Shown: in pieces, positions 57,366-64,000 of the stretch
How positions within the stretch are numbered: the first letter of the stretch is position 1
Layout of the letters: each line of letters opens with the position of its first letter
Origin: the human T2T-CHM13v2.0 reference genome, Homo sapiens
Direction of reading: 5' to 3'
Length of the DNA stretch: 64,000 nt
Assembly: GCA_009914755.4 (NCBI GenBank)
Contig: CP068257.2
Location: forward strand, 2,240,001-2,304,000
Notes under the pieces: generated by a model
Told to the model about the DNA's origin: nothing
What the model saw: the letters and a program-made list of their open reading frames with translations, nothing else
Database searches by the model: none
Position numbers and translations under genes: made by a program

Positions 57366-59506
57366 GTTTTTTAAAGCATAAGACTGACGCTTTGTTACAA
57401 AGCATTCCTTTGGGAGCATGCCTGGGATCTTATTAGAATTAACATTCATTATACGTATTGGTAGGTAATTAATGCAGTAAGAACTCTTCCCTCTGTGTTT
57501 ATTAGATGCAAAGAAGAATAAATTTATTAAAATTTGGTATCTACAAGTGAACTGCAGTATACAAGTCATCCTAGCCAAAGCCTATGAGATTGAGTAAAAA
57601 TGGTATTGTTAGCAGAACAGGTGTGATGAGTCAACAGTGTCAAAGAGCATGATTTCTGGACCAAAATATGAGGGGCCATTACAACAGAGTATACACTAGT
57701 ACCCCTTATCCACTATATGCGCAGAAAGACATACTTGACACGTTTTTTTCTGCTGTCACACCACAGCAACAATCATCAACAAAGAAGGCTTCTGTGACCA
57801 AATGTGTGGAGAGTTTTTCCCCACCAACAAACAAGCAATCATTCCTGCTGATGACACAATTCAATTCTCACACCCTATCTACAGATAACATCAGATTTAA
57901 TTTAATTTATAAATTAAACTTTCTCATAGATATGTATGTATAGGGAAAAACAGCTTGTGATTCAGTACTATTCATGGTTTCATGCATGCACTGGGGGTCT
58001 TGGAATGTATCTCCCACAGTTAAGATGTAGTTACTGCACTTATTTTGTTATAACACAACACAGCCTCTCTAGCTCTTCAGTTCAAACTGTTTAGTTTAGA
58101 ATAAAACATGCTATCGCCAGAAACCAACAAAACATAGGAGTCAGACCAGAAACAGGAATCCTTGCAAAGACTTTCCAGCCACCAGTGGAGAAGATCTCAA
58201 GAGAGATCAGTGTGTTACTCTGGCTAATACTCTTCTGGGTAAGGTGCTGGGTGGTTTCCTTAGTTGTAGCTATTTGCTCTGGCCTACGTATAACAAGGCC
58301 CAAATTCACCTGTCATTTTACCTCCAACGAAAGAACCACTGGAAAGATCACTCCGTTAAGAGCTTATCCACATTCAGAGAGAAGCTGAATAAACACTGGG
58401 GAGGTATGGCAGGCTGCCGGGCAATATTATCTGATGTGAAAAAATATATAGAAAGAAAACTATCAATGCCCTTTTACTACCAGAATGTTCTAATGCTTGC
58501 CCATCTCCCTAGTAGGAGAAAAAAATTTTTGCACCTCGCATAAAGCAAAACTCCCTTGTCATCTCTCATGACAGAATCTAGTTGTAGGTGAGTCATGTCA
58601 TCATAATACAGGCTGTTGTCAACCTCATCCCTCAAAGGAAGAGGATCAGTGAGGAACTTATGTATTTACCTAATAGCATTCACTGCCTGGTCTTATTTCC
58701 AACCGAAGGTAAGTATGAAAGACTTTGTGATTCCAGTTTTATAAAGCACAACTTTTTGCACTTGTCCCCTTCCATTGCTAAAAAGTCTATCTGGACCCAC
58801 CTCACAGAGCAAGATGCTCCAGGTTGTGCTGTGTAGTACGGCGTGGTGTCCTTTTCCTCAACCCTTTCTATTATGTGCCACATATCTATACAAATCATGT
58901 TTTCTAAGTATGTAAATCATATCTCAACAGAATACATCATTCTTTACAATGATTAAGAAGCAAAAGAAAAACAAAAGGACAAAGAACATCTTAAATGACT
59001 ACATTCAACTGCCATGGAGCTTTAATTTTTTAACTACTCAAAAAGATATCCATTCTTCTTATTCCAACTATATGACTCTTCTGAAAAAAGTAAAACTATG
59101 AAGACAGAGTAAACATCAATTGTTGTCACGAGTTGCTAGGGAGAAAGGGAGAGATGAACAGGCATAGCACAGAGAATTTTTAGGGCGGTGAAACTGTTCT
59201 GTCGATAATATTACAGTAATAGATACATGTCATGTCATTATACATTTGTCCAAATTCACAGAATGTACAGCATCAAGAGTGAGGCCTGATGTAAACTATG
59301 AACTTCAAGTGATTATAATGTGTCAATGTAAGTTCATCAGTTGTAACAAATGGACCACTCTCTGGTGGAAAATATTAATAATGGGGGAGGCTATGCGTGT
59401 GTGGGAGGCATGGGATATATGAGAAATCTCTGTACCTTCCTCTCAATTTTGCTGTGAACCTAAAATTACTCTAAGAAATAAGGTTATTGATTTAAAAAAA
59501 ATATTC

Positions 59507-60160
<654 letters not shown>

Positions 60161-63100
60161 AGTAAATAAAATTAAAAATAAAGATATTCACTGAACCTGT
60201 TACTATGATATATTTAAGCAAGACACGGTGACCCTAAAAATTAGAGATCATTGAAGACCAAAGTAACAACACGTGGTCATTATTTCTCAAATTGAAGTAT
60301 ATAAAATATATAAAATAAATAAATTTAATTGCATGCTTAGGTAAGAAAATATTGATAAAAATGATTGAATATTTTATCTTATTTCATAATTCTAAGCAGG
60401 GCTTTAGCACAATATGAAAACTAGATTATTCATGTAATCCAAATAAAAGACAATTTTTATTCTAATTTTAACTCAGAAATTATTTTGCTTATTTAACAAT
60501 TTTACTGAAAGGTAAATGAGATAAATAGGACAGATTATAATTACCTAACATTGCTATGGTAACTTATGTACAAATAGCTGTTCGTCACTGAAAGTCAAAA
60601 AAGTAACCAGCGCTACAACTTAAGATGGATCATACAACAGAAATTAGTACCAAGTTACCTTATCTTATAATATTATGTTATTAAAATGAAATTTTAAAAC
60701 AACACCAAAAATTAAGTTGGGGCTATACAAAGTGTGCAGAAAAGATTTCATATAACAGGCAAGAGACTGCCATCCTTAGAAAGGCCTGCATGCAAGGCTG
60801 GCCCTTGGCTGGTGTTTAGGAAATTGGAATTGGGAGGGTTTCCACCATTCCCTGAGAAGAGTGGCTCACTGTGTCTAAAGTTTTTATAGAAACCGCCAAT
60901 GGGTGAAATCCAAAGCAGCAGCTGGTGTATCCATTAACATTCTCAAAACAGGATGCATCTGGACCCCTGTGTGCAATCTTCATAGCACACAGACACTAAA
61001 TAGAAAGGCAGTCATTGCTGCCAAACAGGACCCAAATGCCACACACAGTGCAATGAAGCTATAAGCTCCCTATGGAGAGAAAAGTAGACAAATAAAAAAT
61101 ATTCAATATCCAATCCAAGTCCACATTAAATCTTGATTCCAGAAACGTGCATTAACCACTTCAAAGACTAAAATTTAAACCATCTTTTCTATAGCGATTT
61201 CCCATTTGGTTGGCAGGCATACAGGAGTAGAGAATGATTTAATTTACTTACAAGTATTCAGAAAAGATAGTGACCTCTACATTCAACCAGCTACAGCAGC
61301 TTAGCAGCCAGCCAAAGCCTGCATCTCTCCCACCTTAAGATTTAGTGGTTGGCTAGAATTAGCAGCATCCAGGCCACATCTATCTCTGCATTCTAAGTTT
61401 GCTTCCAAGATAAAGATACAAATGCAGGCTGGCTCCAACCTAGCCAGAGATCCCAGCCCCACTCTCTGCATCCCAAAATCCCTCAAAGACCCAAGAGACT
61501 TTCCAGATTTCTACAGTCTCCTCACAGGTTCCCATGACAGTTAAATGCCCTCTCTTTACCTCAAATAGCTGCAGGTAGAATATAATGGGTACAACAGAAA
61601 ATCACTGTAAGTGTAATATGAAGATAAACAGCCCTTTTAAGCATTTCATTATATTACATCTAGCTTACTTCTAAGTGATTTATTCAGATGTGACTGAAGA
61701 AAGTCTAAAGGGAAAAAAAGCAATTTAATTTGATAAATTAAATTATCAATTATAGCCAAATTATTTGGCTATAACAAATTAAACATTTTAAGCAGACAGA
61801 AGATGCAAACATTTTAAGTTGACAGAAGATATAAAATGTTCACTATCAAAATGTCGCAACTGATAAAAATGTTCTCAAATATTTCTGTCTCAAACTTGCA
61901 TTGTTCATTAAGGAAGCAAAATAGATGGGACATACACAGCAACAACATCCCTCAAAAAACACCTTGGCTCATTCCTATAAGCCAGGCAGCAAATACATCA
62001 TCCTTACATATGTTAATTACCTTCCAATTTCAAATTCTCAACTGTGAAATAAAGGGCCATTTTATTTGGCTGCTTCCAGTTCAATATGACTGTTTTTATT
62101 AAAACATCTCTAACTTGAAAAATATTTGGTGTTTTCTAAAAAACTGCAAATTGCCACAAATGGCCAGATAATTTGGAATAAACGCCCTACAGAAAAAAAT
62201 ATATATTCAAGTTGCATAAGTCACTTTGAGCAATCCTTTGAAGATATTTCATTTATATCTAAATGAACCACAGGTTTAGCTGGCTTTTCCGGAAAACCAG
62301 AAGCAAATAAAGTATGATTATAATGAAAACCATCTCAAGCAATTTTGAAACGAAGTACCACATGTCTTATGCTGTCCCTTCCATGCACTTGACAAAACAG
62401 CCTATAACAAATTGTTTACTTTGACATTTAGCAGGAAAATTCCACGAGGTTTAAATGAGATGACTACTAATAAGCCATCTACCTTTGACTCTATTCCAAT
62501 TAAAAATGGGTTAGGAAAGTCCTTTGAAAATCAAGTGTGTTCATCAGGGAATCATTTACCTAAGTCTTCTTAACACTGCTTAGTGAATATTAAGCCTGAT
62601 ATAGTAAATACACGCTAACCACTAAATTGAAGGGGAAAGAGGGAGAACAAAGAGACAAGTAAAGTACACTTACTTTTTCTAGTAGGAAAAAGCCAATTAA
62701 AACTATCACCTATTAGTTTTATTGGAATCAGTCTTACAGGAGGTCAAACTTCCTACTGTCGCTACCTATTCTCAATATTTTTCTTATTTCTTCCTAAACT
62801 TCTAGAGCCGTGCTGTCCAATAAATATGTGAGCCACATATGTAATTTTAAATGTACTAGTAAACCCCATTAAAAGGTGAAATTAATTTTAAATATACTTA
62901 ACTCAGTATGTCCCAAATAGTAATCATAGTAATAATTTTAACATGTAATCAATATAAAAAATTATCAAGCAGATATTCTACGCTGTTCTTCCCACTCCAA
63001 TGACAAAATCCAGTATATATAACACAACACATCTCAATTAGGACTAGCCAGGATTTCAAGTGCTCAACAGTTACAGGTGGCTAGTGCCTACTGAATTGGA

Positions 63101-63741
63101 CACTGCAGTTTCAGTGCATTGAATTTCTATCCCACTTAGCGCTAATTAAAACTTCACCCTCTCACCTGATAATTATGTTAAGCTCTCAGAAAGTAACCCA
63201 CTACAGGCAGTTTCAAGCCCTAATTTACCTCTAATTACTCTTACAGCAATGCAATGAATCATGATTTAAAATTTTAAAAAAAATTGCTGTTAAATTATTA
63301 GTCAAGAGCCCAGGGCAATGGACAGTAAAGAAATAATGTAGGCCATGGGCCGAGATGACAAAACGGTCCTTTTATTTAAAGCTATAACAATAATCTGAAG
63401 CCAGCCCTGTAAAATAGACATCCATTGAAAAAGGCATGCTAGTTCTTTTGCTTTTTTGTGTACTTGGCCTCCTGTGTCCCTAAACAGATCTCTTCTCAGC
63501 AGGGTTTGCTCAGCAAGTCACTTGTTGAGTCTTGCGGTCAACAGAGGGCGTAGGGAATGGCAGGGGCTGGCATAGGAGTGAGGGGGTGGAGGCAAGGTGA
63601 GGGGGGCCAGGTGAGGAGGGGGGCACTTGAAGGGGAGTTCAAGACCAGCCTGGGCAACATGGTGAGACCACCGCCCCTCACCGCTGCCATCTCTGGTCTC
63701 ACTCTGGTCTCTCACACATGCACAAATTAAATTTAATTTAA

Positions 63742-64000
<259 letters not shown>

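Noticed and set aside
57273-57578. Minus-strand ORF with a poly-glutamine run (…KPKQQQQQQQQQQQTG…)
   Set aside because: The poly-Q is the reverse complement of a (GTT)12 microsatellite. The flanking sequence is Alu-derived. It is not a polyQ gene.
63540-63720. G-rich stretch (ggggtggaggcaaggtgaggggggccaggtgaggaggggggc) fused to an Alu fragment, reminiscent of SVA architecture
   Set aside because: It is too short, with no clear CCCTCT hexamer array, VNTR or SINE-R part. It more likely is a G-rich low-complexity patch next to a partial Alu.

Overview
This window is primate (almost certainly human) nuclear DNA, not a prokaryotic locus. It carries about 30 Alu SINEs, several LINE-1 fragments, a Tigger/pogo DNA-transposon remnant, MaLR LTR sequence, and splice-site-flanked exons on the minus strand. 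The first 12 kb looks pericentromeric or acrocentric-short-arm in type. It holds a roughly 1.46-kb array of a 48-bp satellite (CER/D22Z3-like, about 30 units). Two blocks of a degenerate 17-21-bp CACTGACCAGGYCCC-type minisatellite lie in direct orientation around a 4.3-kb segment. That segment contains a 157-bp-arm inverted duplication whose two arms both keep a helical-protein ORF, plus a second small palindrome. From about 19.6 kb to at least 41.3 kb the minus strand carries exons of an ANKRD26/ANKRD30-family gene (ankyrin-repeat plus long coiled-coil family). I placed six exons with canonical AG/GT boundaries. The central exons contain several frameshifts and an in-frame stop, so this copy looks like a unitary or duplicated pseudogene. 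This fits known pericentromeric ANKRD30B/ANKRD20A/POTE-type pseudogene clusters. There is no operon, CRISPR array or RNA gene that I can support. One young 5'-truncated L1 (51423-52197) still has a 17-bp target-site duplication. All coordinates are approximate to within a few bases. Family assignments rest on recalled consensus sequences, not on database searches.
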